DNA of 64,000 bases from a virus. The notes under the pieces are model-generated. The model saw only the letters and a list, made by a program, of their open reading frames with translations, searched no databases and had not been told where the DNA came from. The stretch is taken from positions 1-64,000 of the IMG/VR virus record IMGVR_UViG_3300046792_000297; one strand, written 5' to 3'. The translations under genes and the position numbers were made by a program. This document shows, piece by piece, positions 62,466 through 64,000 of this stretch (the stretch's first letter is position 1; each line of letters begins with the position of its first letter).

Positions 62466-63491
62466 ATGACTCCCAAAGAGTATCAGCAGTCGCTTGCTGC
62501 CCTGCGAAGTGGTCAGGTCTTGTCCGATGCCGCGCAAGCGGCCACGGGCCAGACATTCCTGATGGCAGAGTTGAGCAAGCTGGACCCGGTGGTACGGCTA
62601 CCACTGGAGAATTACACCTACCTGCGCGACATTCCGCTGGACAAGGGCGGCGGCTGGGTAATGAACCACATCGCGCACAACGTGGATTTTCGCGGGCCAC
62701 GTGATGCCGGAGCAGGCTCGCAGACCAACGACTCGCGGGTGATCGAGTACAACGTCAACCAGGACACCTGGCCGGTTTATCCCTACCAGGTCCGCATTCG
62801 GATTCCCATCGTGGAGTCCCTGCGCATGGCCCAGGTAGGGCGTTCTCCCCAGGACCTGCTCGACAAGGGCGTCCGCGTCGACTATTCGAAGACGCTCGAC
62901 ACCCGCACCTACCAGGGCTTCCAGGGCGGCGTCAGCGGCGGAACTAATTATTATGGGCTGATCGGCAACCCCGCCGTTACCGTGACCGCGCTGCCCAACA
63001 CCGGCACCGGCTCGACCCTCACCTGGTCGACCAAGAACGCCAGCCAGATTCTGGGCGACTTCAACTTCATGGCGCTCACCATCTGGAACGCGTCCGGCAA
63101 CGCGCCCGGTGCCATGCCCACGCGCTTCCTGGTGCCGCCCACGCAGTGGGTGCTGCTCACCCAGCCGATGGCTGTGGTGGGCGGACCGTCGGGCTACGCG
63201 TCCATCCTCGACTACATCGAGAAGAACTACCTCGGTGCGGCCTTCGGGGTGAAGCCGGAAATCTATCCGCTGCCGGTGTGGCTGGACAACGCCGGGCCGG
63301 GACCGAGCCAGTTGATCATCGCCTACAAGTACGACAAGGACTGCCTGTCGCTGGGCATTCCCCAGGAGATCACCCGCTTCGGCGCTCCGCCGTCCATCGT
63401 GTCGGGCTGCTTCGAGTTCCTCTACCTCGCCAACATCGGCGTGGTCAAGGTGAACCGGCCCTCCACAATAGGCGGATTCTACGGCTGCTGA
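62466..63491 (+). CDS. major capsid protein (DUF2184 type)
   Basis: FL..EL.KLDP...PL...TY.RDI; YGLIGNP; W..K...QIL.D; P...LVPP. Confidence 0.92.
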   Translation: MTPKEYQQSLAALRSGQVLSDAAQAATGQTFLMAELSKLDPVVRLPLENYTYLRDIPLDKGGGWVMNHIAHNVDFRGPRDAGAGSQTNDSRVIEYNVNQDTWPVYPYQVRIRIPIVESLRMAQVGRSPQDLLDKGVRVDYSKTLDTRTYQGFQGGVSGGTNYYGLIGNPAVTVTALPNTGTGSTLTWSTKNASQILGDFNFMALTIWNASGNAPGAMPTRFLVPPTQWVLLTQPMAVVGGPSGYASILDYIEKNYLGAAFGVKPEIYPLPVWLDNAGPGPSQLIIAYKYDKDCLSLGIPQEITRFGAPPSIVSGCFEFLYLANIGVVKVNRPSTIGGFYGC

Positions 63492-63570
63492 GTAACACTC
63501 ACTTGCCGCCCGTCATGCAAGTTCAACGGGATGGGCTAGGTCTGCGCCTGGCCCATCGAGGAGACTGCTC

Positions 63571-64000
63571 ATGCAAATTCGAGCGCACGCCAGCGTCAAT
63601 CTCTGGACCGCCGACACGGTGGCCTACCCGTTCGGCCTCGTTCACGTGGAGAAGGACACCGTCGCCACGGTGCCGGACGACGTCATCGACTATAAGGGGT
63701 ACTCCCTGCTGGTACAGGCGGGCGATATAGTCGTAGTTTCGCCGCCGGGCGGCGGCCCTCCCCCGGAAGTTCCCAGCGGCGAGCCCAGCGAAACAAACCA
63801 AGTCCAGTGGGATGTCAAGGAAGCGGATACCGACATCGCGCTGGTGACCGCGCCGTCCACCGCCGTGGTGGTCGGCAGCGTGTTCCTGATCGACCTGGAA
63901 TACATGACCGTCGGCGACATCTCCAACGTCGATAACCCCGGCGTGACTCGTGGGACCTATAGCTCGACCGTCACCACGCACACGGCGGGCACTCCAGTCA
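63571..64000 (+). CDS. structural-region protein (3'-truncated)
   Basis: GAGGAG upstream; MQIRAHASVNLW...; frame open to window end. Confidence 0.7.
   Translation, partial: MQIRAHASVNLWTADTVAYPFGLVHVEKDTVATVPDDVIDYKGYSLLVQAGDIVVVSPPGGGPPPEVPSGEPSETNQVQWDVKEADTDIALVTAPSTAVVVGSVFLIDLEYMTVGDISNVDNPGVTRGTYSSTVTTHTAGTPV

Larger units (their letters stand above)
1..64000. mobile_element. Tailed bacteriophage/prophage genome segment (early arm, replication, packaging and head modules)
   Basis: TerS-TerL-portal-MuF-protease/scaffold-capsid order; initiator plus DnaB; dense small-ORF arm; no host core genes; ends and att sites not in window. Confidence 0.97.

Noticed and set aside
35379-62537. Long minus-strand ORFs over terminase, portal, topo IB and scaffold
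   Set aside because: Antisense shadows of well-supported plus-strand genes.
1-64000. tRNA genes, integrase, att sites, IS elements
   Set aside because: None recognised by eye. A tRNAscan/HMM run is needed to exclude them fully.

Overview
This 64 kb window is part of a large, GC-rich tailed-phage (or prophage) genome. I see no host housekeeping genes, rRNA, tRNA, CRISPR array or integrase. The DnaB N-terminus and a Uma2 gene suggest, from memory and unverified, an Acidobacteriota-like host. There are three modules. (1) 1-28.9 kb is a minus-strand early/accessory arm of about 70 mostly small genes (DUF3560, J-domain, SWIM, methyltransferase-like, Ku, WGR-ligase, DUF6011, HerA-like ATPase, Uma2, HD hydrolase, ParB-like). 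Its first 21 kb is driven by 14 copies of one sigma70-type promoter. (2) 29-34 kb is a plus-strand replication module: an initiator with internal 10-bp iterons, DnaB and an ASCH-like gene. (3) 34-64 kb is packaging and head: HicAB, TerS, TerL, DUF1073 portal, MuF, DUF2213 protease/scaffold, cement protein and DUF2184-type capsid. Between portal and MuF lies a ~16 kb insertion. It holds five unrelated enzymes (ADP-ribosyltransferase, HipA/PI3K-like kinase, zeta-like kinase, PPase-like protein, topoisomerase IB) that share an N-terminal leader ending in an A-x-D motif also seen in the scaffold. Three of them are followed by a tiny acidic ORF. I read this as a capsid-packaged, protease-matured enzyme payload with cognate inhibitors (inference). 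Other strong signals: an AT-rich palindrome AATAAT-N-ATTATT recurring about every 4.2 kb, even inside genes; a KAWATRR peptide on unrelated early and head-region proteins; two giant Cys-rich spike-like proteins with signal peptides; and two candidate structured RNAs. All family calls come from reading motifs by eye, without database searches.
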